From Lingula anatina (Eukaryota; Animalia; Brachiopoda): 64,000 nucleotides of DNA. A program made the translations under genes and the position numbers. Positions 28,401-41,808 of the stretch are shown piece after piece; positions within the stretch are counted from its first letter, which is position 1; every line of letters begins with the position of its first letter. The stretch spans positions 682,001-746,000 of the forward strand of contig JBPQGU010000016.1 in assembly GCA_051362555.1 (NCBI GenBank), given 5' to 3'. The notes beneath the pieces were generated by a model that saw only the letters and a program-made list of their open reading frames with translations, was not told the DNA's origin and searched no databases.

Positions 28401-28699
28401 TAATAAAAAAAAATTAAGGTAGCCCCTGTCTTACAGATAGATGTACATATATAATTCATTTTATAAATATGATAACTTGCCAGAACATATACTCTATATC
28501 ATGGCTAGAACATTCACTAATTTCCGGCATTGCAAGATATCCTCCCCAAGCAGTAAAATGTCAACCCTGCCTCAATTATTTACATTGCTACAAGAATACC
28601 CATAGTTTAATTTTTCCATAACATAACAGCTAGACAGCTGATCGTCCTGTAAATTGATGAGTAGCAGAACATTGACTTACTTAGTACCTTGCGCAACCA

Positions 28700-29710
28700 T
28701 TGAAATATTCCATCAACAATTATTTTGATATACGTTTCCTAGAGGGATACATCTTTTTACCAAGCAGTTGACAGAGGAGGAAATTTTGATCCGCCGAATT
28801 GCCAGGATATTGGGTTGCTCCATGAGAACCACAGATAGGGTTAGACAACATCATAACCAAACAGACACATTGACAAAATTTTAATTGCCTGGGTAAGGTC
28901 GATCAAAGTAAACCACACCCAGAGAAGAGAGAATGTTTATACGCCTTTCACTTAGAGAGCATTTCATGATATTTAATAACTTGACTACAAATTTAACAAG
29001 ATCAGGACAACCATGTTTCTATGTTTACCGTCATAAGACGTGTGCACAATCACCGTTATTTGAGCACGGTTTCTGTCAGGAAATCAATGACTACTGCCCG
29101 GAACGAACCGTCTTCGGCGTGAAAGATGGTATACCGGGAATCTGGCATGGACACCAGCACATTACTGGGCAATAATACTGTTGTCAGGATTTACGGAGGC
29201 GCAAGGGTTAGGAGTACAGCTGGTAACAAGTATCTTCCTATTTGTCTGCATCTTGTGCACATTACACACTCCATGGGATATATTGACTACTATGGTGTAG
29301 GCCAGCTGGAAGTAGTCAAAGGGAACCTTAACACAGACACATACATCTTATTACTGGAAAGGAACTTAAGGAATGATATCGGGAATATTTTTTGGGACCA
29401 TGGACACCTATTTATGTTTTAGCACGATAATGCTACTCCACGTACATGTACAGCCAGAGCAACAGTATGATGTATATATGTGAACCACATCCAAACCCCC
29501 TCCACCAGTGACCAGCTCAATTTTTTAGAGCACACTTTCTTAAGTATGTGTGTAATATCATCGGTAATGGATGAATAACCCTGCAAACAAAAATAATTTC
29601 ATTCTATTTTGCACCGTATGTGGAATGACATCACTGTCCAAATGTTACATAACATTTAGTCTCCACGCATAAAAGATTAATAAATGACCCAACTTTTTTT
29701 ATTTGCATAT
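28700..29710 (+). mobile_element. Decayed Tc1-like transposon in a copy C intron
   Basis: Translation near 29270-29445 gives GYIDYYGVGQLEVVKGNLNTDTYI...FMF*HDNATP, resembling the Tc1 WG...G.G.L and FQQDNAP.H motifs. There are many stops and the ends are approximate. Confidence 0.75.
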
Positions 29711-32498
29711 ATAATTATTTAGAGGATGTCCTACCTAGTTGGCAATTTGCGTCTGGAAAACCATAGGGGCAATCACAGTGAAAACCGCCATAGCTGTTTC
29801 GACAGGTGGAGCCACTGGTGCATGGGTTGTTCAAGCATTCGTTTTGATCTGTATAAAAACAAAATAAATTTGCACCTTCCACTTTATTTTGCAGTTCATT
29901 TCAATTAATTGTCTTTGCCTTTTATTAGTCCGTTTTTAACTCATACATGATTGTATGTTACTTGAAAGTATGTACCTTTTCTTAAATGTAATTGATAAGG
30001 TAAAGGTCTGAAAGAAAGACAACAAGAGTAGATGCCGTGGTTCCTGTCTAGGGTGCAATAGGAAAACCCCCGTACGTCGACCGAAACAGTTTTCCTCCAA
30101 ATGAGCTCATCAATCTATCTTTGTATGTCATGAGGAAAAACGATTTGAATAGCACTTACCGGCTTCACACCTTGCGCCTTGGAAACCAGAAGTACAAGAA
30201 CACCGAAACGAACCCACCAGGTTCACACACGTGGCGCCATTTTTGCATGGCTAACTCAGGCAGTAGTTGGTCACTTTAGACATATATAAACATGATTAGA
30301 TTTCATTACAGAAATGCTATGGCCTGTATCATAGAGATCATAAATACAGGGAGGGGGGTAGTCACATTTTTTGTATGTTATGTTTGGAATATATGGAATT
30401 TAACTGCCATTTCCGATGTAAAGGTAAACCAATGCCTTCATTGATTTTTTTTTTATATATATATATATTATAAAAAAAAATGCATCGCACTGTTTAACCA
30501 CTTTCAGCTTACTTTTACCTCATCATCAAACAGATATGAAGGTGTCGGTCGTTTTGAATAAATGGTATTTTGCTTTTTTTCTACCGAAAATTCAGAACTG
30601 CTCTTTGGTTTTATACTATATATTAAAGAGTAAAAACTAAAGTGTTTATGAGGTAGTTATTGATGTAAGTCTTACATGTTTCACAATTACGTCCGGTATA
30701 TCCATGGGGACAGCTGCAAGAATAGCTGATAGCATGACTCCTGCACGCGGCGGCATTTTGGCAAGGACGGCTGTGACCTAGGGATCCTTCTCTGTAATAC
30801 AAAACGTAGCCCAGGAACGGAACGCCTGAGCCTCGTTCTAGAACTAGGCAACTTATACAATTTTGCAAAAATTTCTACAAAATAATTTGAGGTAATAACA
30901 AGCCTTTAGAAATGGTTTTCATTAAACTGTGTTTTATATTTATAATTATTGACGAATTTATAAATAACGAAAAATGATAATAAGAAGGTTTGTTAATGAT
31001 ACTTGAAATAAAGGCATAGAAAGAACGTCAAAACCTTACCTTGGCAGTTTGTCCCGTAGTACACAGTAGGACACAAACATCGATACGAATTCACCACGTC
31101 AACACACGTCCCACCATTCTGACAAGGATGACTGGAGCATACTCTTATTTCTATAAGATCAAAATATAGAACTATTGTAAGTTTGTAAATATATATACAT
31201 GATCATTTTCCGTCATGGAAATGTTATGACCTTTATCATAGGAATCATAAATAGTCATAATTTGTGTATGTTATGTTTGGAATGTATGGAAATTGGCTAC
31301 CATTTGTGATGTGAATGTAAACCAGTGACTTCGTCGATTTTAAAATTATTGGAATATGAAAATTATAAAAATGCATTCCACTGTTAAACCACCTTCATTG
31401 TATTTTTCCTTGTCATTAAACAGATATGAAGTTGCGCATGTGAAGGTATGAAATTATTGTTGCTTGTTTCTACCCAAAGTTCAGAATTGTGATATTTATA
31501 ATATCCATTGTAGTAATCAAAGTGCTCATGATATAGTTTTTGGAATAACACTTACTTGTTTCACAATTACGTCCGGTATATCCACGGGGACAGCTGCAAG
31601 AATACGTGATAGCATGACTCTTGCACGTTTTGCCATTTTGGCAAGGACGGCTGCGACAGGAATCTTTCTCTGCAATACAAAACATAGCGCAGGAACGAAA
31701 CGCCTGACCCTCTTTCTAGAACTAGGTACGTTTGCAATTTTGCGTGTTTAATACTATAATTTCTACAAAATATCAATTAGAGGTAATAACCAGCTTTAAT
31801 AAATTAGTTTTCATTAAACCGTGTTTTATACTTATAATTATTGAAGAATTTTTAATAACCAAACAGTCCTCTGATTTCGGTTTTGTTCATAAAAAAAGCA
31901 CTTTCTCCACATGATCAATTAATGTTCTTAATAGCTTGGAAAAATAATTATCAGAAGGTTTGTTCATTATGATATTTGAAATAAAGGCACAGGAAGAACG
32001 TTTGACTCTTACCTTGGCAGTTAGTCCCGATAGGAATTCAACATCGATAGGAATTCACCATGTCAACACACGTCCCACCATTCTGACAAGGACGACTGGA
32101 ACATTCACTGATTTCTATAAATTTAATAGTAAAGACTAATGTGAACTGGTAAACGGGCAATATTATATGGTCGTAAAAACAAAACATCCTATAAATAACA
32201 TGGATAACCGTCTACTGACTTTGTTATTTAAAGAATTTAATACGAGAGATAACAAAATTAAAATTTTCCCTTCACATGCTTTCCTGTCCAATTGTAGCAT
32301 ACCAAGTTGACATAATGTGCCAGTAAAACCAGGAGGGCAATCGCAGTCAAAACTGCCGTTATTATTTCTACACGTAGCGCCCCTGGAACATGGGTTGTTT
32401 ATGCATTCATTTATATCTACAAAGAAAGAAAAAACAAAAACAAAAAAAAATACTTTTAACAGAAAATTTCTGTTTTTTATACATTTTCAATCCATTAA

Positions 32499-32833
32499 AG
32501 GGATAACAACTCTTCGTTTCGGCCAAAAAATTAATTTTCCTGGAGTAAACAACAATTTTCCCATACTTACCAGTAGTTAATCAAACCATTTTTACATTCA
32601 AAGTCAGTCCCTGGTTTTTTTCTAAAAAGTTTGGTTTTTTGTTAAAATGTAAGAGATTTTAACAGAGTATAGCCATCAATGTAGGGTCACGTGGTCTAAA
32701 GACAAGCTCAGATATCAGAATAATAGCTATAACTGCCGTTTTTGTGGTAAAACAGAATATATTATATTTCTATGAGTTGTTCACAATGTTTTTATTGTGA
32801 AATATAGATCTCATACGAAGAGTTATTATCCCT
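32499..32833. mobile_element. Kolobok-like MITE, inverted copy of 9442-9778
   Basis: TTAA flanks on both sides, agggataa...ttatccct TIRs, and an interior that is the reverse complement of 9442-9778. Confidence 0.8.
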
Positions 32834-34835
32834 TTAATAATACTAAACTTGTAATGATTACTACATTCTGGATAACCATATTGCCTTACAAAGGTAAAGA
32901 AAAAAGTTTTTGATGTGTTCAAAACATCACCCTATCAACTTAAAAGTGCAAAATTGTATTAATGAAGTTTCACATAGATTTGTAATAAAAAAATAATGCA
33001 AAACCGGTGTACCGGGACATTCAAATTACTCAGGCTCACCAGTATGAATGGTACCTACCATTTTCACACCATGTGCCTTGGAAACCGGAAGAGCATGAAC
33101 ACATGAACGAGGCCACAGAGTTCTCGCACGTGGCACCATTTTTGCAAGGATTGCTTAGGCAATGGTTGGCCACTGAAATAAAAAAAAACATGTATTAAGC
33201 CACATCGCATTAGATTATGCCATGCCTACATTTTCGACTGTCTGATTATTAATCATCTTTTTAAAGTTGGATTTTCACTTTGAGTAGATTGGCATTTTTT
33301 TTTTTTTTTATCTTTTCACCATATTCAAGCAGAGTAACAATATAATACCAAGTGTCTTCCTTCGTTTAATTACCATTTGAACCATTGTTTGCTGAAACCA
33401 AACTTTCAAAATTATGGGTGAGTTGCTCACTTTTTTCCTCTTGGGTATGCACAAGCGACCATACAACAACAGCAACCAGTGCAGCATATATGATTCCCAC
33501 TAACACCAGTGCTATTTGTAACCGTTTATTGAATTTAATCTTTGGTGGCTGTGTAATATTGATATTGGGATCATCGGCATTGTCGGTTGGATGAAGCGTT
33601 CTTAAACTCTCGAAAACACTTGCTGTTTCCTCTGGAGTGAGAGCCACATCTAATGACGTTCCATATGTTGCGTTTAGATAGGCGGTACCTTGGTTTTGAG
33701 GAATAGTAAATAACTCGATACCTAAAAGTAGCTTTAACATGATTTCTCCATGGAATCGAAAACTTCATTGTTTAATTTGTAAGCAGTGTACACATTTTAA
33801 ATTAAAATTTTTAATTTTTTACATTAAAATTTTTAGATTAAAATATTTGTGGTTTTCTCAGATCACATGAATATCTAGGTCACACCCAAATAAAGAAGTA
33901 AAATATTAAATGTAACACTGGGCAAACATTTCTGCAAGTACATCTCCCTTAACATATTAATTTTTATAGCTTAAAATTAAAACAGATTTATATAATCAAC
34001 TGTTATCTATACAAATTAATTAAATTACTCTTAAATCCCTGGATGCATACCTCTTCTGCCTGCCATGTTTACTTTCTTCGAAATTCAAGAGCTGTGGAAA
34101 AATAAAGCGTTGTATTTACACATCATGCAAAGTTTGACGCATATTGCAAACAACGACGCACTTCACAATATTCAAAGAACATTTGTACCATAGGTTTACT
34201 TTTTGTCGCTTTCTTTTTATTCTGGAAAATAGGATGGACCCCGAAATACAACATTGCCTTTAGCACATGGAGTCGTGAGATGGACATGTTTATATTTTGT
34301 TCAACGCTTCAATGCTAAAAGCGGATTTCAGCTGGACCAGGGCGTTAAACGAGAGTAATGGTGATGTCCTAGATTATAGTTAAGCATCGGGAATGAAGTT
34401 GTTGTGAACTTATCATCCACCTCATAAATAAATCATCCACCTGTTTTTTCATAAGACTGCCTTAATTACAGGAGAACATGTACAGCGCAAATTACTTTAA
34501 TTCTTAGATTTCTTTGGTTTCTCAACACGTTTCAGTGACGTACAAAATTCGGTTGTAAAATGAACCGTGGTTGCAGGATGCGTATATAAACGTGGAACAC
34601 CATAGTAGCGCAATTGTGAAATGAGGTAAATTATCTATAGAAGTATATACATAAACATTCTAAACTTGGCAAATAAAATTACAGTACTTACCAGAGCTTT
34701 TGCAAGGTTGTGTTTTCAAACAGCCATTTTTACTAATGCAATCCTACGGACGTTTGTTGACAACAACGCGATAACTTCCTCGTTGAAACCAAGCAATATT
34801 ACTTCCTGGTTCACTAACAAACACAGGACGTGACC

Positions 34836-35451
34836 ACGCTCGGCTGTCACCTTGATTGGTTAGAAAACGATTGTCGCAAAATTACTGAATGATGTAAAAC
34901 GGGTGCATAAACTTTATTACTACATAAAACGATATTGCAATGCCGTACTAGTATACCTTAAAGCAAAAAGAAAATATGATATTGGTTAAAGTATTCAAAA
35001 CAGATGCCGTTAAATCCCCAAAGGTTCCCATAGAATCAATAAAATAGGGAGAGCTTGCCAAAAAGGCGAACCCACAGGCGCATTAAAAATTCAAATTACG
35101 ATAGTGACAGCCGTCAAATCACACTCGAACTCGCTCCACTTACACTACACATCCCATTCACCATTTGTAAATCCCACTCCACATCGGTAGAATTCCACGA
35201 TAAATTGCTCGCTTTTAATGTAGCATTGAACGGGCTTTATGAAATGGAGCCGTGCCATTGGGCAGGTATTTTTGGAATGACCCCTCGGTCAACAATATAC
35301 GATTGCCATGTAAAATTATTCCACGATATATGACTATGAGTCAAAGCTATCAATGGCCCAATGATAGTAAGCTCTTCCTTACTTATTTCTAAAGCTGCGG
35401 TCACAGCACAACAAAGAGAATACAGTAAGAACCATAGTGACAGCCAAGCGT
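34836..35451. mobile_element. About 620-bp TIR insertion in the putative promoter of copy C
   Basis: TIRs acgctcggctgtcac and gtgacagccaagcgt. The flanking cgtgac is repeated at 34829-34834 and 35455-35460, and the flanks rejoin into the sequence seen in B and E. Confidence 0.7.
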
Positions 35452-36200
35452 CAGCGTGACGAGAAAAATACATGGCATTGCAAAACGTTTGCATCTAAGA
35501 GTGGTGGCTTATTTATCTTGGTGTCTTACTCGCAAATCGGACCTACATTGACTATGAAGTCAGGTCCTGATATTATTTTATTTTCGTTTTTCAGTGTATT
35601 CATTGAAAAAACAACACGTTTGACCAGATTATGTGCCAACTTCTACTAAGTACTTGTCTGTTTCACCTGTCCTCCCGGGCGATCACATCACGTGGCATGA
35701 AAAAATATGGGACAAAACAACACGATTACAAAGGTGAAGGTCAAGGTTGTCCGACCTCATAATGTGTGCCTGGTCTTTACAGATCTGTTCGATCCAGTAA
35801 CGACCTCACCCCAACAAACAAACAGAGGTGAAGACATAACCTCAACATACACTGCAATCGCATTGAATAACAAAATTCACTGATCTAGCCATTCCCATGT
35901 CAGCGTAAGTTTAGAGTAGCACACAGCGGCATATCTGTCAATTAAGACTCCGTTAAAAAAACTTGTTCTCCAAGACGACAGCAGCGAAAGGCTGAGACCC
36001 GGACGACCAAGACGTACTTGAATAAGCAACATCAGAGACTGGGCAGGAACGGCCAACAACCGTGCAGAAAAACCACGTGGCTGAAGGACTTGGTGTTCCA
36101 TCGTCGTCAACTCTTGAACCAAGAACGGCACCCGAGTGACTGATTGACTAACTGCTTGATTGGTTAATATCTGGCTTAAAAAATTATTAACCACAAAGAC

Positions 36201-36431
36201 ATGTCAATTCTTTTACCCCCTGCTTTACCCCCTATATTCAGACAGTTCAGCGAGGAAACAGTGGGAACCGTTATGATAATGGGCTTTGGTGTGAACCAAC
36301 CTTGGCCTGCAGACCTATCCCCTTTGGATTATTTTCATATAGACAGTGTCTGTGCCAACAATCCCCAAAATATTGATAATCTCAAGAATCACACTCAAAC
36401 GAATTCCTCAAGATTGTACAGCAATACGTAA
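36201..36431 (+). mobile_element. Old Tc1/mariner transposase C-terminal remnant (homologous copy near 6210-6405)
   Basis: The ORF contains WPADLSPLDYF...NNPQNIDNLK, resembling WPPRSPDLSPLDYF...P.NI..LK. Confidence 0.55.
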
Positions 36432-37851
36432 CTTAGCATACAGGGATGTCAAATTATTTGCCATCGGTTATGTTAATTGAGTAACCAAAACATACAACTA
36501 CAGCAATGTGAATGAAAACTAGTGCAACAGCTGTTTTCAATTAACATTTATTGATCAGGGCCCCAATTTCATCAACACTGGACTATCCATTTATTGCTAT
36601 TTCATGGCCTCATTGGCGTTACGTCATACACACTGATACAGGGTCGCTTGTCACTTTAATCGGTTGACAAGTCAAGAACCATAGAAAACAAATTTGAAAT
36701 ACGATACTTCAGTCAAACATAATAAAAACAACATCAGCGTCGGTTTAATATTTTTCTTTAGAATTTATTGAAATCGAAAAAAAACACTCATTATAGTAGT
36801 TTCTATGTAGGTGTAGGTAAATAGTATTTTCCGAAATTTTCAAGAGTTTCCCCTTAACCAAATACTTATAGGTACATTTTAAACTATAACTTGGAAGACA
36901 TAATGAATTCATTATAAATAGCTTTCCACTACAAATATATCAACGCAGTTGACAATTATGTGCACTGCTTAAGATATAGCCCTATGCTATACCAAAAGGA
37001 TGCAATTTTACTCTAAACTTAACTAAAAACTACTAAGATAATAATACGAATTGAAAACACTTACCACAAAACTTTCAATGCTTTTTCAAACTGTCTCAAA
37101 AACTAAATATCAGTCAACAATCTGTGATTGAATATTATTTCTCATTCCAGACAATAACAGGTTTACTAAAGTATACTTGGAGGAGCCGCGGTGAGACGCC
37201 TTAAAAAGAAGAATTTAAAAAAAATGTGCTGGTCAGGTAACTGGTTACAGGGGGCACCGAAACCACCGGGGAGAGAGTTGGAGAACGCATCACTGAACCA
37301 CGAAGATCTGTGATTTCTTATCTCTCCATTTGACAAGCTTAGTGGGTCATTGAAATTAATTTCCTTGTTGAAGATTAATGGCACCGGTCACAACGTCTGA
37401 CCATTTGATTATTGCTTTGCATTTACAATATTAGAATTATCAATTTTTCCTCTTATGTGAAATCGCGCTATCGGATGAAACATAATATTCACTCTCTAAT
37501 CCAGAGTGTCTACCAAGGCTGGACCAATATAGCCTACTGTATTAATGTCCCGAAGGATATGGTGTCCATTATAAGGTCACGTGTAGTCTGTACTACAACA
37601 TTTCAACAGTGATATAACATTGTACGTGTAAAGTGAAACACCGGTCTGTAAAACTGTGATGACGTTTATTTTGTTGACATGCGCAAATATCAACAAATTA
37701 CAAAAAAAAAAAAAAGATTAAATAATCATCTGTGAAAGTAATATTGTGTCACTATATATGGTACTTTTCTCTCCCCGGCCCCTGTATAAGGTTCAGTAGA
37801 CGACTGACTAAGCTGAATGAGTTTCTAAATAATTCGTTCTAAGATGCATCA

Positions 37852-40800
37852 TCAAACACAAAGAACGCCAGCGTCTTCACCGTGAACACAGTTTTCATTT
37901 CCCCAGCCGCTGTGTCTACACGATCCAATGTTGGATTCGGATCCTTTGCAGGCGATGTCGTCCAACCAAATTTTTCCTTTGCCTGGCCCAAAATACGCAT
38001 TTTGTATGCCAAGTGCTCTGGAATAGGAAAGACCTAAGGACTTGCAGAAAACTTTGGCATCTGTGTTACCCCAGCCGTCATCACAAACAGTTCCCCACAC
38101 TCCATTATAATACACTTCAACTCTTCCACCGTATGCACCACCGATATTTATTCCAACAAGACGGTACGTGTGACTGGACACTAAAGCTGGAATGTTCAAA
38201 CAAAACATTTTAAAGAGAGAGTATTTAATTTATGAGCCATTCATCGCTGCTTTGTCCCTTTTTCTTTGTTTCTTTTTTGTGGGTTAAATTCTGTCATGAT
38301 ATGACTGAATTATGTTGTTTTATCATTCGGTATTTTACACAGTATTCCTTCAAAATTTTATTATTTTCCATTTGCGTCAGAATAACATCTGCTACAGTTT
38401 AGTTATATCGAGTCATATGTTCATGTATGTCGTTTTTTGTACACGGCTTACCTGATTCACAATTCTTGCCTGTATATCTGGAAGGACAGCTGCAGGAATA
38501 CGTGAAAGTTGCATTCCTACAAATGGCACCATTCTGACATGGTCGGCTGCGACAGTGATCTACTTCTTTAATAAATATGGTGATTTTTGTTATCATGTTG
38601 TTACATTTATTGTCCTTTATCACGTATGCAATTCATAAAATGAATTATTTTTATATATGGGTTTCAAATCATAGCTATCATATTCCAAACATATTTGTTC
38701 ATATAATTTCAAGTCTCACCTTGGCAGTTTGTCCCGTAGTACCCGGCAGAACACAAACATTGATAAGAATTCACCATGTCAACACATGTCCCACCATTCT
38801 GGCAAGGACGACTGGAACATTCACTGATTTCTAAAATTGCAAGATATTTGGTCAAATGAAAATAATGCCAGATTTTTTTTTTTTGATGGAAAAGAAAAAT
38901 ATGCACTAACCATTCAAATAACGCATGTATTATTTTACCAAAACGCCCTGCACAATGTGTAAGGGTCTTATATAATGGTCAAAAATCGAAAAAAAAACAT
39001 GCACGTTTTAACTTAAGTCCAATTTAGTTTTAATTTTGTATAATTGTTTATCGAATACCCTACCTAGCTGGCAGTACGTTCCAGTAAAACCACGTGAGCA
39101 ACTGCAGTGAAATCCACCATAACTGTTTCGACAAGTGGCGCCCATGGCACATGGGCTATTCAAGCATTCATCTATATCTGGAAAGAAACACTTTATCACG
39201 TTACTGAGTTAATAGGATTGTCGAGAATAACCAGTAGATATAGTTCTCGTTTGTTTCTCATTGTACCCGCATATACAGTTATGGCTGCTGCAAGTATATG
39301 GGTGTGATTTCCCTAACATGTTCGCTACCTACCGTTTTCACAATATGTGCCTTGGTAACCGGAAGAACAAAAACATTGGAACGAGGCCACCGAGGTCACA
39401 CACGTGGCACCATTTCTGCATGGTTTGCTTAAGCAATGATCGGTCACTGAAATACATACAGTCAAATCCCACTTTTTCACGCCAATAGTTTGGACTGATA
39501 TTTAATGTATTGATTATTTCAAGTGTAAATTTCAAGTGGATATCCTCTCACAAATATTAATAAATATGATATTCTTATCATTCTCAGTGAGAAGCCCCTC
39601 CCCCTTCCCTTCACGTTTTCAGACACTTAAAAGCAACATCATCAATAGATAGCAAAAACCATACTGTAAATGATAGAATTATTGTTAAAGGCCCCGTCAC
39701 ACTAGAGGCGGAATGAGCAAGAATGCCGTCGGAAAGATGAATTCTTTGTACGTTCCTGGATATTCGAAGAGCATTCTAAAAATTCTGAGTGAATTTTCCA
39801 AATATTTTTACCCATTCTGCTCAAAACTTTCGAAGTGCATTCCAAGTGGAGAAATTTCAAATGGCATTCTAAGTTTATTCTAACGGCACTATGAGTGCAT
39901 TCTAAACATTCTTAGGGCATTTCAACAGCAACCGAAACATTCTATTCTTAATATTCTGACTGCATTCTAACAGCATTGTCGATATTCTTAGTTTTCCAAG
40001 TACATTCGAACAGCATGTGAAGGCTAATACTGCCGAAGTGTTCACGAATCATTCCAGGCGGATTCAAGTGTATTCTGAGTATTCCAAAGGCATTCTTTCA
40101 AGAATTAAGGTGAACTTGAAATGTCTCTCCGAATGTAGTACGAATTTTGAAAATTCTTCATTCCGGCTGGTTCTTTTTTATTTCTGCTGATTCCGAATAA
40201 GTGTGACGGGGCCTTAACGAAGTACCAAGATGGTAGGTAAATTATTTGTCAAATATTTCCATACAATACTTTAAATATCGTGCGTCATCTGTCGTTTTCT
40301 TACAATTTGAAGCTTTCCTTGATGAAACCAAACTCTCATTATTCAGATCTTGTTCTTGGCCTATTCCCTTAGGGTTTAAGGCAAGTGACCAAACAACAAT
40401 AGCAACCAGTGCAGCACATAATATTCCTACTATCACCAATGCTATGAGCAGCCGCCTGATGACCTGAGACTTTTGTGGATTTGTTGACTCTTTGGAAGGT
40501 GTAGTTCCTCTCTCGATTGGCTGAGAAATTCTTAAACTCTCGTACACATTCGTTGTCCCCGCTGGAGCAAGGTTCACATCCGGTGGAGATCCGTACGCTA
40601 CATTCGCATAAGCGGCGTTTTGATTTTGAGGACTGGCAATTACTTTATTATCTAGAAAATGTTACAGTATGATTTCAGAATTTAATTGATAATTTCAGCT
40701 GTTTTGAAGCAATTTGCACATGTACCAGGTTGATAACTTGAGACAAAGTGGCAAGTATCTAAAAAAGGTACTGTAAAAGAAAAACTACTAACCCGATTAA

Positions 40801-40965
40801 CATATTTTCTAATGTTTTCTTAAACAGGGCATATATTCCAGCATACATTTTCTCTCATATCCTAATCATTTAGCTTATTTAGCTTAAATTAAATACACAT
40901 TTCTATTAAATTCAATTAAAGTTATTATCCGGGTGAAGTGGATGCGTACCTTTTCTTTTTGTCAT
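37852..40965 (-). CDS. Copy D, complete type II TM + 4 EGF + SRCR receptor (383 aa)
   Basis: Exons 40965-40950 (MTKRK), 40651-40304, a 39446-39333, b 39177-39064, c 38830-38720, d 38565-38452, SRCR 38186-37852. The total is 1152 nt, all junctions are canonical GT-AG phase 1, and there are no internal stops. Confidence 0.92.
39689..40214. mobile_element. PIF/Harbinger-type MITE in a copy D intron
   Basis: TAA|aggccccgtcacact...agtgtgacggggcct|TAA, with an interior rich in CATTC/GAAT micro-repeats. Confidence 0.8.
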
Positions 40966-41776
40966 ATTTACATTTTTCCAAAGTTAAAAAACGTGCTGAA
41001 ATGATAAAATGCATAGATTGACAATTGTACATGTGTAAGATACGTTTACTCATGAGTGTCATTTACGTGGTTTTATTAACCTGCTATAAAATATGATTTT
41101 TTGTTGTTATTTTTAATGGGCGATGTAGTAATGCAGTAGCGACTCAACACCGATGAAACCGTCCACCGATCTTTAGAATCATCTATATCAATTCAAGAAG
41201 ATGCAGACCATTCGCTCTGATACAAAGGACGTAAAGGACATATAAGACATGAACGATAAATTTTTTTGAGAAAAAAACATTATACAGACGTACAGGGTAA
41301 ATGAATTCTATTCTGGATATTTGTGTCAATTCAAATGTAGCAGTTGAATAAAAATAGCTAATAATTCACTGCATCGTATGTTTTGACCGTTAAAAACGCG
41401 TACTGTGCAAAATAGGGAATGACGTACACCTTGTTCACTTCACAGTAGAAAATGGCCGCAGAGTTATGTTTTTATGTATAATATTTTTTCCTGACGGGAT
41501 ATCACAATCTTAAAATACTTTTCTACATTAAAGGCTCCCTCAGAATAACGATAACAGGTACGCTGCCTTTTAATAATGATTCAAAATAAGCTTTTATGGA
41601 GTGTAAAAATATAAGGCGTTTAGACATTTGAAAATTCATATAGAAGCTTATATTAACAATAGCTTAAAGCAATAATAACTCTTCCTTTGTGATTCAAAAT
41701 TCCGCAAGAAATACATGCTAAACAACGCATGAAAAAATATTATATTGCATTTCACCACTAAAACGGCTGTTATTGT

Positions 41777-41808
<32 letters not shown>

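Larger units (their letters stand above)
27597..34066 (-). pseudogene. Copy C, TM/EGF/SRCR paralogue with several disrupted EGF exons (pseudogene, or functional only through exon skipping)
   Basis: Exons 34066-34051, 33721-33374, a 33172-33059, b 32416-32303, c 32114-32013 (in-frame TGA), d 31669-31556, c 31150-31040, d 30791-30676 (+2 nt and TAG), a 30273-30160 (TAG at 30253-30251), b 29848-29735, c reduced to a stub near 28505-28525, d 28272-28159, and an intact SRCR exon 27931-27597. Confidence 0.75.
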
